Below are positions 1 through 10,268 of a stretch of DNA of 64,000 nt, piece after piece. The stretch spans positions 448,001-512,000 of the forward strand of contig OZ244999.1 in the NCBI GenBank assembly GCA_965223265.1, read 5' to 3'. The DNA comes from Planctomycetota bacterium. Lineage in GTDB: Bacteria; Planctomycetota; UBA8108; SXIK01. The translations under genes were made by a program, and so were the position numbers. The notes below the pieces were generated by a model, which did not search any database, was not told where the DNA came from, and saw only the letters and a program-made list of their open reading frames with translations. Every line of letters starts with the position of its first letter. Within the stretch, counting starts at the first letter, position 1.

Positions 1-411
1 TGTCTCGAACAGCTCGGTGTCGCAGATTTGGCCGACCGGCAGATCAATCAGCTCTCCGGCGGCCAGCAGCAGCGTGTTTTTCTGGCGCGTGCGCTCGCGC
101 AGGACGCGCACCTCTACGTCATGGACGAGCCGTTCGCCGGCGTCGACGCGGCGACCGAGCAGGCAGTGCTCGAACTGCTCAAGAAGCTGCGCGACGACGG
201 TAAGACAGTCGTCGCCGTGCATCATGATTTGCAAACGGTCGCGGAGTACTTCGATTACGTTGTGCTACTGAACATGCGCCTGGTCGCCCACGGACCGGTC
301 GACGAAGCGTTCACGGCGAAAAACATTCAACAGACGTATGGCGGTCGACTCACCGTGCTTTCGAAGGCGGCGGAGACCCTATTGTCGAAGGGGTCCGTCG
401 ACAAGGAGTGA
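1..411 (+). CDS. Mn/Zn/Fe ABC transporter ATP-binding protein (5'-truncated by window)
   Basis: [15 protein letters not shown] signature, Walker B YVMDEP, VHHDL H-loop; directly upstream of two metal permeases. Confidence 0.92.
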   Translation, partial: CLEQLGVADLADRQINQLSGGQQQRVFLARALAQDAHLYVMDEPFAGVDAATEQAVLELLKKLRDDGKTVVAVHHDLQTVAEYFDYVVLLNMRLVAHGPVDEAFTAKNIQQTYGGRLTVLSKAAETLLSKGSVDKE

Positions 412-598
412 GCGCCGCTAGGGAGGGCGCCGAGGCTGGTGCGCTCATGGAGATTCGCCTTGAATCTTGTGCGGTGGCGACGGTTCCTGGCGGTGCGTGC
501 AACGATTCTTCGAAGACCACCCTCCATGATCGACCTGAGCGCTTGACCCGGGAGACTCGCCGCAGCCGGCACGATGTGGCGAGACGGAGCTTGAGTTT

Positions 599-1879
599 AT
601 GAATCTTTTGACAGACCCCTCGTTCATCACGGTGCTGGCAGGTACGACGGTGCTCGGCGTCGTCGGGGGAGTCGTCGGGTGCTTCACGCTCCTGCGGCGT
701 CAAAGCCTCCTTGGGGATGCGTTGGCCCACGCCGCGCTTCCAGGCGTGTGCGTAGCGTTCATCCTCACCGGTGAGAAACAGCAAGTGCCGCTTCTCGTCG
801 GCGCACTCCTCGCCGGGATCGTTGGCGCACTCTTCATTCTCGTTGTCGTGCGCGGTAGCCGCATCAAGGAGGACTCCGCCATCGGCATCGTTCTGAGCGT
901 GTTCTTCGGCGTGGGTATCGTCCTACTCACGTGGATTCAGAAGCGCGGCGGCGGAGACCAGAGTGGACTCGACTCCTTTCTGTTCGGCCAACCGGTGTTT
1001 CTTGTGCACCGCGATGTGATGGTTTTTGCCGTCACCGGTCTGGTCGTCCTTGGTTTGGTGGTGCTGTTTTACAAGGAGCTCAAGCTTCTCTGCTTTGATC
1101 GCGCGTTTGGCGCTACGCTTGGGTTTCCAATGTCGATTCTCGAGATCGGCCTCACGTGCCTGCTTGTCGTCGTCGTGGTGATCGGTCTGCAGACGGTTGG
1201 CGTTGTCTTGATGGTCGCGGCACTGATCACCCCTGCAGCCGCCGCTCGCCAGTGGACCGATCGTTTCGGCATCATGATGCTGCTCTCAGGTGGGATTGCT
1301 GCCTTCGCCAGTGCGGTCGGCGTCGTGTGGAGCGGCAGCGTCCAGCGGATACCGACTGGACCCGCGATTGTTGTCGTGGCCAGCTGCGTCCTCGTCGCAT
1401 CGATCCTCGCAGCGCCGCATCGTGGCATGTTGTGGGAGCGCCTGCGGAGCTCGCGCATGGCGCGCCGTATCCGCCGGGAGAATCTACTCAAAGACATGTA
1501 TCTTTGGGGCGAGCGACTCGGCTCGTGGGAGCGTCCAGTGTCGCTTGGGGCCCTCATGGGCGTGCGCGGCCAGAGCAATCACGAAGTGCGGCGAACGGCG
1601 CGGCGGCTGCGGGAAAGCGCCTTGATTGAGACGCTTGGCGATCAATTGCGATTGACGACGAGCGGGTTCGCTGCTGCGGAACGCATCGTCCGCAAGCACA
1701 GGCTTTGGGAGCTGTATCTGGCGAGACGACTCGAATTGCCACCAGATCATGTGCACCGAGATGCAGAAGCGATGGAGCATGCCCTCACTGACGAAGCAGT
1801 CGAGGAGTTCGAAAGTCTCTTGGGCTATCCAGTCGTCGATCCACACGGTCAGGCGATTCCGCCGCGGAGGAGCGAATGA
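599..1879 (+). CDS. Metal ABC transporter permease (ABC-3/TroC-like) fused to C-terminal DtxR-type metal-dependent repressor domain
   Basis: SLLGDALAHAALPG motif, ~9 TM segments; C-terminal RKHRLWELYL...HRDAEAMEH...DPHGQAIP DtxR motifs. Confidence 0.9.
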   Translation: MNLLTDPSFITVLAGTTVLGVVGGVVGCFTLLRRQSLLGDALAHAALPGVCVAFILTGEKQQVPLLVGALLAGIVGALFILVVVRGSRIKEDSAIGIVLSVFFGVGIVLLTWIQKRGGGDQSGLDSFLFGQPVFLVHRDVMVFAVTGLVVLGLVVLFYKELKLLCFDRAFGATLGFPMSILEIGLTCLLVVVVVIGLQTVGVVLMVAALITPAAAARQWTDRFGIMMLLSGGIAAFASAVGVVWSGSVQRIPTGPAIVVVASCVLVASILAAPHRGMLWERLRSSRMARRIRRENLLKDMYLWGERLGSWERPVSLGALMGVRGQSNHEVRRTARRLRESALIETLGDQLRLTTSGFAAAERIVRKHRLWELYLARRLELPPDHVHRDAEAMEHALTDEAVEEFESLLGYPVVDPHGQAIPPRRSE

Positions 1880-3021
1880 TCGCGGCTTGGCTTGAGGCGC
1901 TCGATAGCGACCGGATCGTGATCCTTCTCGTTGGCAGCTGTGTCGCGATTAGCTGCGCGTCGATAGGTTGCTTTCTGGTACTGCGCAAGGTGGCTATGCT
2001 CGGCGACGCGATCAGCCACGCCGTGCTGCCGGGGATCGCCATCGCGTTTCTCCTCACGGGTGATCAACAGCCGCTCCCCATGCTTCTCGGCGCGGGAGCG
2101 CTTGGGGTCGTGACCGTTTTCGCCGTCGGCGCCTTGAGTCGCAGTCGGCTTTTGCAGGAGGACGCTTCGATCGGCGTGGTTTTCCCGGCGCTTTTCTCTG
2201 TCGGCGTTATCCTGCTCAGCCGCTACGCGCGCGACGTGCACATCGACGAGCACTGCGTGCTCTACGGAGAGATCGCGTTGGCACCGCTCGATCAGCTCAT
2301 CGTTGCGGGCCGTGCCCTAGGGCCGCAGGCGCTGTGGATTACTGGCGCCCTGGTGGTCATCAATCTCACTATGGTGTTGTTTTTCTACAAGGAACTGAAG
2401 ATTACCAGCTTTGATCCACAGTTGGCAGCTACGCTTGGGTTCTCTCCAGTCCTCATGCATTACGTCCTTATGAGCTCTGTTTCGGTGACCGTTGTGGGGT
2501 GTTTTGAGTCCGTCGGTGCGATTCTCGTCGTCGCTATGCTCGTCGTACCGCCCGCAACCGCCTATCTTTTCACCGATCGCTTGGGGGTGATGCTCGTGCT
2601 GTCGATGCTTCTTGGTGTTGCTTCCGCAATCACGGGGTACGCGTTCGCCGCCTGGATCGACTGCTCTATCGCCGGTGCGATGGCCGCTGTTGCTGGAGGA
2701 CTCTTCGTCGTCGCACTCGTCCTGTCACCGCGGCACGGTGTTCTCTCGCGCTACATGTTCCACAAGGGACTTGCGAAACGCTTCGAGGAGCAAATGCTTC
2801 TCCTTCACTTGGAGAGCGGTGCGCGGGCAGTTCCGAAGACACTCGTCGCCAGCCGATTCAATTGGCGTCGCGACAAACTCGATCGCGTCTTGGCTCGCCT
2901 GGTCAGTGGTGGTGAGGTCGTCGAGACCTCGGCCGGGCTTGAGCTCACCGCTGCCGGCAGAGCCGCGATCGAGGCGGCTGGAACTGGCGCGCTCGCACAC
3001 GCTCTTGATCCTGACCCCTGA
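1876..3021 (+). CDS. Metal ABC transporter permease (ABC-3/TroD-like) with short C-terminal wHTH-like extension
   Basis: MLGDAISHAVLPG motif; ATGA overlap with upstream permease. Confidence 0.9.
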   Translation: MIAAWLEALDSDRIVILLVGSCVAISCASIGCFLVLRKVAMLGDAISHAVLPGIAIAFLLTGDQQPLPMLLGAGALGVVTVFAVGALSRSRLLQEDASIGVVFPALFSVGVILLSRYARDVHIDEHCVLYGEIALAPLDQLIVAGRALGPQALWITGALVVINLTMVLFFYKELKITSFDPQLAATLGFSPVLMHYVLMSSVSVTVVGCFESVGAILVVAMLVVPPATAYLFTDRLGVMLVLSMLLGVASAITGYAFAAWIDCSIAGAMAAVAGGLFVVALVLSPRHGVLSRYMFHKGLAKRFEEQMLLLHLESGARAVPKTLVASRFNWRRDKLDRVLARLVSGGEVVETSAGLELTAAGRAAIEAAGTGALAHALDPDP

Positions 3022-3180
3022 TTCGGCGCGCCGTTGGCTAGCGGCAAGGTTTTGCGATGCAGCCGCGAACGGACGGGTTTTATCTCCGCGCTCGGGGATC
3101 CATCTGCAAAACCTGCCCCAACTTGTATGGAAGCCGAGGGTGACCCGTTGAGGACCACGACCCGGACTCGGACGGAGAGT

Positions 3181-4770
3181 TTACCGCCTCGACTTTGCAG
3201 CCTCGTTGAAGACCGTTCGTAGAAGGCCGTCCTGTACGATCAGCTTGGCGCCGAGACGATTGCCGTTCGAGGTGACATCAAACTGAACGCGTTCAGCCGG
3301 CGACACTTTCCGCGCCATGGCGGCTATTGTGTCGTCGTCTTGACCGAACAGCTCGAGCCAAGGCTGCACGCGAGCCTCGAACAGGAGCGGCGAAAACTGT
3401 CGTCGTGACGACGAGACGCTTTTGGCTCCGGCCAAATTCTTCTTCAGTTTCTTGAGGCTGTCAGCGCCGTAGGCCACGAGCAATCCCGAGTCAGTCGCGG
3501 CGAAGTAGAGCTTCGGCCGCGTTCCAAAGAACTGCTCCTCTTCCGCGTCAATGTTCACAAACTGCACTTCGTGAATGGAGGCCCCTTGAAACTTAGCGAT
3601 GTTACCACGAAAACCGACACCACCTTCGTCGGCAGCCGTTTCGCCTAGCTCGATGAGAAACGCCTCGATCTCTTTTGCATTGACAGCTTGGACCCCGGCC
3701 GTGAGCGTCAGCGGCGATGGTGGAGTGCCTTGAAGCGAAACAAATAGTTCGACGTGTCCCGCTTCGATCGTTGGCCGCAGCAGGCTGAGAAACTCGTCCT
3801 CCAATGCATCTCCTCCTCCTGCGCCGGTAGCGTTGAACAGCGCGTCAGAACGCGCTGGCGGCGCGGGGAGAGAGGCGAGGATCTGCTGCTGAGCCTCTTG
3901 CGGCAAAGGAGTGTTGACGACGAAATTGACGAGCGCTGCCTTTTCAGCAAGCGCAGCAAAACGGCTCGGACGATGGCTCATTGACTTGACGACGTCCGAC
4001 AAACCGGAGCCGCTACGCGGCGACATGAAGAACTCGACGATCAGAGCTTGTCGCTGCGATGACAGTGTCATTCCGAATCCAGCCTCGTCGGCATCGTCGA
4101 GGAGAACCTCCGTGACCCGTCGTGCAGCGTCGGCGCCCATCTGCCGGGTGCGGAATTGTGCCTTCGATTCACCGGGGCGTCGCTGAGAGACGACGCGCTC
4201 CATGTTGGCAAGAGATTCCTTCTTGAGCTTCTCTGACAACGCATCGAAACTCGTCGTGATCGAGAGGACGTGACGCGAGCTCTCGGGGCGAAGAAGGCGA
4301 TCGAATGTCGGTAAGTCGGCTTTGTCTATCGCGGCAAGAGCGGGACCGAGTGCGAACCAAGAGTCGACGCGCTGTCCAGGGTGACCGCCCAGCAGGTGTT
4401 TCACCATCGGCGGCAGCGCTTTGATAGTGGCTCCGAATTCGGCTTCGTTGGTTACAGGTAGGAAGACCAAGGGGAGCGGTTGATCCGCGTCTGAGGCGAA
4501 GAGAGCCACCCCGAAGGGTTTCTTCGTGTCGACGCCGCTCAATCCGCGCCCGCCCGTGTACATCGCAATGATGCCATCGAGCGCCCCTGCCATTTGAGGT
4601 TGTCCTGCAAGATCTGCGACGTAGCTCCACGAATCCTTGAGCGCTTCGTAGCTCTTCACGGAAATTACGGTCGCGGGGCCTTGCGCTCGGGCCGACGACT
4701 GCGCGTTAAGGAGCTGAGGTAGAGCGATCGCCCAAGCTGCGACGAAAGCGGAGAACTTCAGTAGTTTCAC
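3181..4770 (-). CDS. Hypothetical exported protein
   Basis: 529-aa ORF, N-terminal signal peptide (MKLLKFSAFVAAWAIALP), AGGAAGGA RBS-like sequence upstream. Confidence 0.7.
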   Translation of the reverse strand: MKLLKFSAFVAAWAIALPQLLNAQSSARAQGPATVISVKSYEALKDSWSYVADLAGQPQMAGALDGIIAMYTGGRGLSGVDTKKPFGVALFASDADQPLPLVFLPVTNEAEFGATIKALPPMVKHLLGGHPGQRVDSWFALGPALAAIDKADLPTFDRLLRPESSRHVLSITTSFDALSEKLKKESLANMERVVSQRRPGESKAQFRTRQMGADAARRVTEVLLDDADEAGFGMTLSSQRQALIVEFFMSPRSGSGLSDVVKSMSHRPSRFAALAEKAALVNFVVNTPLPQEAQQQILASLPAPPARSDALFNATGAGGGDALEDEFLSLLRPTIEAGHVELFVSLQGTPPSPLTLTAGVQAVNAKEIEAFLIELGETAADEGGVGFRGNIAKFQGASIHEVQFVNIDAEEEQFFGTRPKLYFAATDSGLLVAYGADSLKKLKKNLAGAKSVSSSRRQFSPLLFEARVQPWLELFGQDDDTIAAMARKVSPAERVQFDVTSNGNRLGAKLIVQDGLLRTVFNEAAKSRR

Positions 4771-4997
4771 GGCCCATTCCTTCCTGCATGGGGTTCTGTC
4801 GTCACGATGCTGCCGCGCGACAAGCTTCTACTTGTGACGCTGAAGCATACCACCGCCGTGGCTGCGCGGCTGACCCCGGTGGTTATCACCGGTTGCGCCG
4901 CACCGTGCAGTCGAGATGAACCCTTGCTTCGATCTGATAACGCCTTGAATTGGTGAGCTCCGCAGGGACCAGGTAGACTTCGTCCGGAGTTTGAGAT

Positions 4998-6044
4998 ATG
5001 GCGCAGAAACTTATGACGCTTTCCCGCTACATTCGCGAGGAAGAGCGGCGTTACCGCGAAGCCACAGGGGTTTTCTCGGGGCTCCTCGAGCAAGTCTCGC
5101 TCGCGGCGAAACTGATTTCGCGCGAGGTGAATAAGGCTGGGTTGGCTGAGATACTTGGCCTTACCGGCGAGCAAAACATCCAGGGTGAGCAAGTGCGCAA
5201 GCTGGATGTGTTCGCTCACGAGACGATGGTCCGCATGCTTGACCACTCCGGCTATCTCGCGGCGATGGCCTCGGAGGAAGAGGAGGATTTTATTTCGATC
5301 GCTCCTCATCGGGCGCGCGGCAAATACGTTCTGCTTTTCGATCCTTTGGACGGATCGTCGAACATCGATGCCAACGTCAGCATCGGCACGATCTTTAGTA
5401 TCTACCGCAAAACCTCGCCAGGCCTCGACGCTCACCTCGAGGATTTCTTGCAGCCTGGCTGCCAACAGGTCGCCGCAGGGTACGTCATTTACGGCTCGTC
5501 GACCATGCTCGTCTACACGGCGCAAGATGGCGTCCACGGGTTCACGCTCGACCCGAGTCTCGGCGAGTTTATCCTCTCACATCCTCACATCCGTACGCCG
5601 CGAAAGGGTTCGATCTTCAGCGTCAACGTGGGAAACTACAGCCGCTTCGACGATAGTATGCGTGCCTATGTTGACCACCTGGCATCGATTCAAGGTGGTT
5701 CGAGTTCGTCTCGCAGTTTGCGATACATCGGCTCACTCGTGGCAGACTTTCACCGCAATCTTCTCTACGGTGGCGTCTTTCTCTATCCGGCCGACGACAA
5801 GAACCCGCGTGGCAAGTTGAGGCTTATGTACGAGGCGAATCCACTGGCGATGATTGTCGAGCAGGCCGGTGGGCTCGCTTCGACCGGAACCGAGAGAATC
5901 CTCGACGTCACGCCAGAAGCGATCCATCAGCGCGTTCCGCTCGTCATTGGGAGCGCGGAAGATGTCTCTGCGGCCCAGGCTTTCGCGCAGCCATCGCGGG
6001 CCGAAGTGGCGGTTGGCGACGCGAACTCCGACGCGGGCGCTTGA
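4998..6044 (+). CDS. fbp: Fructose-1,6-bisphosphatase class 1
   Basis: FDPLDGSSNID, RYIGSLVADFHR and GKLRLMYEANP motifs. Confidence 0.96.
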   Translation: MAQKLMTLSRYIREEERRYREATGVFSGLLEQVSLAAKLISREVNKAGLAEILGLTGEQNIQGEQVRKLDVFAHETMVRMLDHSGYLAAMASEEEEDFISIAPHRARGKYVLLFDPLDGSSNIDANVSIGTIFSIYRKTSPGLDAHLEDFLQPGCQQVAAGYVIYGSSTMLVYTAQDGVHGFTLDPSLGEFILSHPHIRTPRKGSIFSVNVGNYSRFDDSMRAYVDHLASIQGGSSSSRSLRYIGSLVADFHRNLLYGGVFLYPADDKNPRGKLRLMYEANPLAMIVEQAGGLASTGTERILDVTPEAIHQRVPLVIGSAEDVSAAQAFAQPSRAEVAVGDANSDAGA

Positions 6045-6390
6045 TCTTCGAACGCGGTCGTTCGCGCGGCGCTTTCGGGACGAGCTCACCGGATCTGGAA
6101 GAGTTCCTAAGGACTCTCTCGTGGCCTTCCTGCGCCGATGTGCCTACTGCCTGACCGTAAACTCCGGCCGCGCTTGCATTGAGTGCGGCAAGACGAAAAA
6201 AGGCCGTTGATTCCTAAGCCGGGATCGAAGAAAACGCTCCTTCCACGAAAGCGTGAAGCTCAACCTCGAAACGCGAGGTGAGTGGTCGGTTGAGAGAGTG
6301 CTTCGAGCTGAAACCTGGGCATGAAGAGGCGGGTTTCTCAGCCGAATGATTTTTTCAGGCGGGCTGGTTGGGTTGGAAGACGGAAGGAGT

Positions 6391-7752
6391 ATGGCCCCTC
6401 AGAACCGCAAGAGCCTGGGTCAATGGTTGGATGCGCGCTTCGGTGTGGGCGCTGCGGGATCGACGCTGCGTGGCGAGTGTCTTGGCGGTGTGACGACCTT
6501 CCTGAGCATGGCGTACATCATGGTCGTCAACCCCCTCGTCTTGTCGGATGCCGGCATGCCGCGGGACGGAGCATTCCTTGCCACCGTCCTTGCGAGTGCT
6601 CTCGCATGTCTGCTCATGGGCTTGTTCGCGAATCTTCCAGTTGCGCTTGCGCCGGGTATGGGATTGAACGCGTTTTTTGCCTACACGATTTGTGCCGTAG
6701 CGACCTGGCAAGTCGGACTCGGGATGATCGTCTGGGTGTCGATAGTGTTTCTGATCCTGACGCTCGGGCGCGTGCGGGAGCTGCTCACGAGAGCTGTCCC
6801 GCCGTCGCTGCGTTTCGCTGCGGCCGTCGGCATTGGGTTTTTCATCGCGCTCATCGGCTTGAAGCAGAGCGGTTTGATTGTCGATAACCCGGTCACGCTC
6901 GTCGCCCTCGGCGACGTGTCGCGCCCTCATGTATTGCTAGCGGGGTTTGGCCTGGCCGTGACTTTCGGTTTGCTTGCCCGCGGCAACCGAACGGCCATCT
7001 TTTGGGGGCTTCTTGGTACCGCGGTGGTCGGCGCGGCTGTTGGCATGGTAGACCTTTCCGGGCAGTGGTTTCAGGTTCCCAAGGGGCGCCTACCGGGCGC
7101 GGAAATGGACGTCGTGGGAGCTTTCAAGATGCAGTACCTGCCGCTCGGGTTGACGCTTCTTTTCTTCGCGCTTTTTGATGCCATGGGGACGCTTTACGCC
7201 GTTGGCGCTGAAGCGAATCTCCTCGATGCGTCGGGTCGTTTCCCTCGGCTGGGGCGTGCCCTCATGGCGGATGCAACTGGCGCGCTTGGAGGCGGTTTGC
7301 TCGGGACTTCTTCGGTGACCTGCTATATCGAGAGCGCTACAGGCGTGAGCGTCGGCGCAAGGACTGGCCTGGCGAGCTGCGTGACTGCCGCTGCGTTCTT
7401 GGCTTCGCTGTTTGTGGCCCCGCTCGTCGCCACCGTCGGCGCTGGAGTGACGAATGATGGCGCGACGTTCTACCCCGTGACTGCACCGGCCTTGATCGCC
7501 GTTGGAGTGCTCATGTCTCGGAGCGTGACGCGCATTGACTGGGCCGACGTCACGGAGGCGGTTCCGGCTTTTTTGACGATCACACTCATGCCGTTTACGT
7601 TCAGCATCGCCCATGGACTTGCGATCGGATTTATCAGCTACGCGTTCATGAAGTTGATATCCGGCCGATTTCGTGAGGCGCATTGGCTGGTTTATCTACT
7701 CGCCGCGTTGTTCGGCGCACACTACTATTTTTTCCTCGGTGGGGTTCACTGA
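6391..7752 (+). CDS. NCS2 family permease (AzgA-like adenine/guanine/hypoxanthine transporter)
   Basis: TTFLSMAYIMVVNP, APGMGLNAFF, YIESATGV...ARTG motifs; AAGGAG RBS just before ATG 6391. Confidence 0.9.
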   Translation: MAPQNRKSLGQWLDARFGVGAAGSTLRGECLGGVTTFLSMAYIMVVNPLVLSDAGMPRDGAFLATVLASALACLLMGLFANLPVALAPGMGLNAFFAYTICAVATWQVGLGMIVWVSIVFLILTLGRVRELLTRAVPPSLRFAAAVGIGFFIALIGLKQSGLIVDNPVTLVALGDVSRPHVLLAGFGLAVTFGLLARGNRTAIFWGLLGTAVVGAAVGMVDLSGQWFQVPKGRLPGAEMDVVGAFKMQYLPLGLTLLFFALFDAMGTLYAVGAEANLLDASGRFPRLGRALMADATGALGGGLLGTSSVTCYIESATGVSVGARTGLASCVTAAAFLASLFVAPLVATVGAGVTNDGATFYPVTAPALIAVGVLMSRSVTRIDWADVTEAVPAFLTITLMPFTFSIAHGLAIGFISYAFMKLISGRFREAHWLVYLLAALFGAHYYFFLGGVH

Positions 7753-7874
7753 CACCGCTGGTTGCGAGCCATCGTGACGATGATCGCGATGGGCACTCCA
7801 CGGTGCCGCGGTTCGACGTCCCGCGCGCTGCCAGCCGCGCCGTGAGATGGCTCACTCGAAGTTGCGACCTTTTC

Positions 7875-10268
7875 ATGAAACTGAGTCGTTTTTTGTTCCC
7901 GCACCTGCTGGGTCGACGTCTGCCGATCGTTCGCGGTACGCTCGAGATCGGTGGCATCGAAGGCCCCATCAGGATTCGACGAGACACCTGGGGGATCCCT
8001 CACATCGCGGCGCAGTCGTCTAGCGACGCCTGGTTCGGACTTGGTTTTTGCCAAGGTCAAGATCGGGCGTTTCAGCTCGAAGTGCTGTCGCGTCTCGTGC
8101 GAGGAACGCTCGCTGCTCTGGTGGGGGAGAAGGCCCTCCCGCTTGATCGCACGTCGCGCCATCTCGGATTTCGTCGACACGCCGCTGCTCAGGTCGGCGT
8201 GCAGTCGGCCGCAACGGGCTCGATCGTGAAAGCTTTCGCTCGAGGCGTGGTAGCAGGAACGCGGCACGGACTGACTCGTCGCCCGCACGAGTTCGCTCTC
8301 CTCCGCGCCCATCCGTCGGCTTTCGAGCCGACGGATGTTATGGGGATTCTCGGCATCTTCTCGTTTGCGTTGGCTTCGAACTGGGACGCGGAACTGATGC
8401 GTCTTCGCATCGCCCACGGCGAGGGAGCAGAGGTGCTGCGCCGATTCGATCCCGCGCTCTGCGCGCCTCGGGCTGCGGCAGCGCAGCATGGCGAGCGGAC
8501 TGACGGTGGACGACGACCTGACGTGATCGACCTCCAGCGCCTTCAAGCTTTCGAGGCGGACCTCAGACGTTTTCAGGAAGCGACACGTCTCTCTGGGGCG
8601 TCGAACAATTGGGTGCTGGCGTCGCGAAAAACGCGTACCGGACGTGCACTCTTGGCCAACGACCCCCACCTAGCACCGGTGCTACCTCCGCACTGGTATT
8701 TGGCCCACCTCGCGACCCCAAGCTGGAGCTTGGCGGGTGCTGCTCTCGCGGGCACACCGGGAATCGCCGCTGGCCACAATGGCCATGTCGCCTGGGGGGT
8801 GACGGCCGGGCTCGCCGACAACACGGATCTCTTTCTCGAGCGACTGGATGCCTCCGGCACGGCAGCGCTGACGGCGGGCGAGTTTCAACCGTGCGACGTC
8901 TTCGACGAAGAGATCGAGGTGCGGCACTCCCAGTCGCGACGGGAGAGAGTCGTCGCGACTCCGCGCGGCCCGGTGGTGAGCGCGGTTCTCGATTCCGGTG
9001 GGACAGCAGTGTCGATGCGAGGTGTTTGGATGGAGCCGCGTCCGGTGAACGGTTTTTTGCAATTGGCTCGAGCTCGTAGTGGCGCGGACCTGCGTCGTGC
9101 GTTTGCCGCTTGGCCGTTCCTGAGCTTGAACGTGGTCCACGCAAGTTTGGACGGAGACATCGGCTGGGAGCTGGTTGGAGAACTGCCGCGTCGTTGCATG
9201 GGGAATGGCGTTTTCCCTCTTCCCGGCTGGGAGGTGGATGCGCCATGGGAAGAGTCAACAGTCGACGTCGACTCGATGCCGTCAATCGACAATCCCACGG
9301 AATCGTTCGTCGCGACCGCCAATGGAGCGCCGCCGGGAGATGACCTTCAGCGGGCGGCGCTTGGTGTCGATTGGCTCGACGAGTATCGCTCGCGTCGAAT
9401 TCGCGCGGCGCTGCGCGGACGCGACGACTGGGATGTTGCTGATTTGCTTGCCTTGCAGCTCGACACGGATTCGCTTCTCTGGCGTGAGCTGCGAGATCGA
9501 GTTCTGGCGCTGAAGGTGGAAACTCGTGATGAACGAGAGGCTTTGGCGGTGCTGGCATCATGGGACGGCGACGTGGCCGCTGATTCGATCGGCGCATCGG
9601 TCTTCGAGTTCTTCGTCAGCCATCTCTGCCGCGAGATCATGGCCGAACTCAGCGGCCGCAGTAGCGAAGCGCTTGTAGGCGCGAATCTTAGCCCGCTGCA
9701 GTCGTTCACGACGCTAGTGGCACGGCACGGCGAGTGTATCAGCCGGTTCGTTGCAGGCGACCACGACGTGTCGCACAATACAGTCGACGCTGCGCTGTGT
9801 CTGGCGTTGAGGCGAGCTTTCAGCGATCTCACGAGGCGATACGGGAGTGACACGAAACGCTGGCGCTGGGGGCAGGTTCGGCCGCTCGTCTTGCGTCATC
9901 CGCTTGGCGTCGGTCGACTGCTCGGTTCGATCTTCAATCGAGGACCGTTCCCGTGCGGCGGCGATGCAAACACCGTATCGCAAGCGGCGGTGAACCTTCT
10001 TGAGCCGAGCAGCGACGTTCTTTTCAACGCCTCTTTGCGTATGGTCGTCGATGTCGGCAGTTGGGACGCAAGCCGTTTCGTTCTTCCCGGTGGCCAATCG
10101 GGAAATCCATGTTCACCGCACTACGACGATCAACTCGAATTCTGGCTCAAGGGCGCGGCGGTCCCAATGGCGTTCAGCGAAGAAGCTGTCGCGAACGACT
10201 GTAGATCCGAGTTGGTCCTACGACCGACACAATACCTTGAGGATGTGGCTGATGACAAAGGAACGTGA
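7875..10268 (+). CDS. Penicillin acylase family (Ntn hydrolase, peptidase S45)
   Basis: RDTWGIPHI, ASNNWV nucleophile Ser, LANDPHL, PGGQSGNPCSPHYDDQ; start codon uncertain. Confidence 0.92.
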   Translation: MKLSRFLFPHLLGRRLPIVRGTLEIGGIEGPIRIRRDTWGIPHIAAQSSSDAWFGLGFCQGQDRAFQLEVLSRLVRGTLAALVGEKALPLDRTSRHLGFRRHAAAQVGVQSAATGSIVKAFARGVVAGTRHGLTRRPHEFALLRAHPSAFEPTDVMGILGIFSFALASNWDAELMRLRIAHGEGAEVLRRFDPALCAPRAAAAQHGERTDGGRRPDVIDLQRLQAFEADLRRFQEATRLSGASNNWVLASRKTRTGRALLANDPHLAPVLPPHWYLAHLATPSWSLAGAALAGTPGIAAGHNGHVAWGVTAGLADNTDLFLERLDASGTAALTAGEFQPCDVFDEEIEVRHSQSRRERVVATPRGPVVSAVLDSGGTAVSMRGVWMEPRPVNGFLQLARARSGADLRRAFAAWPFLSLNVVHASLDGDIGWELVGELPRRCMGNGVFPLPGWEVDAPWEESTVDVDSMPSIDNPTESFVATANGAPPGDDLQRAALGVDWLDEYRSRRIRAALRGRDDWDVADLLALQLDTDSLLWRELRDRVLALKVETRDEREALAVLASWDGDVAADSIGASVFEFFVSHLCREIMAELSGRSSEALVGANLSPLQSFTTLVARHGECISRFVAGDHDVSHNTVDAALCLALRRAFSDLTRRYGSDTKRWRWGQVRPLVLRHPLGVGRLLGSIFNRGPFPCGGDANTVSQAAVNLLEPSSDVLFNASLRMVVDVGSWDASRFVLPGGQSGNPCSPHYDDQLEFWLKGAAVPMAFSEEAVANDCRSELVLRPTQYLEDVADDKGT

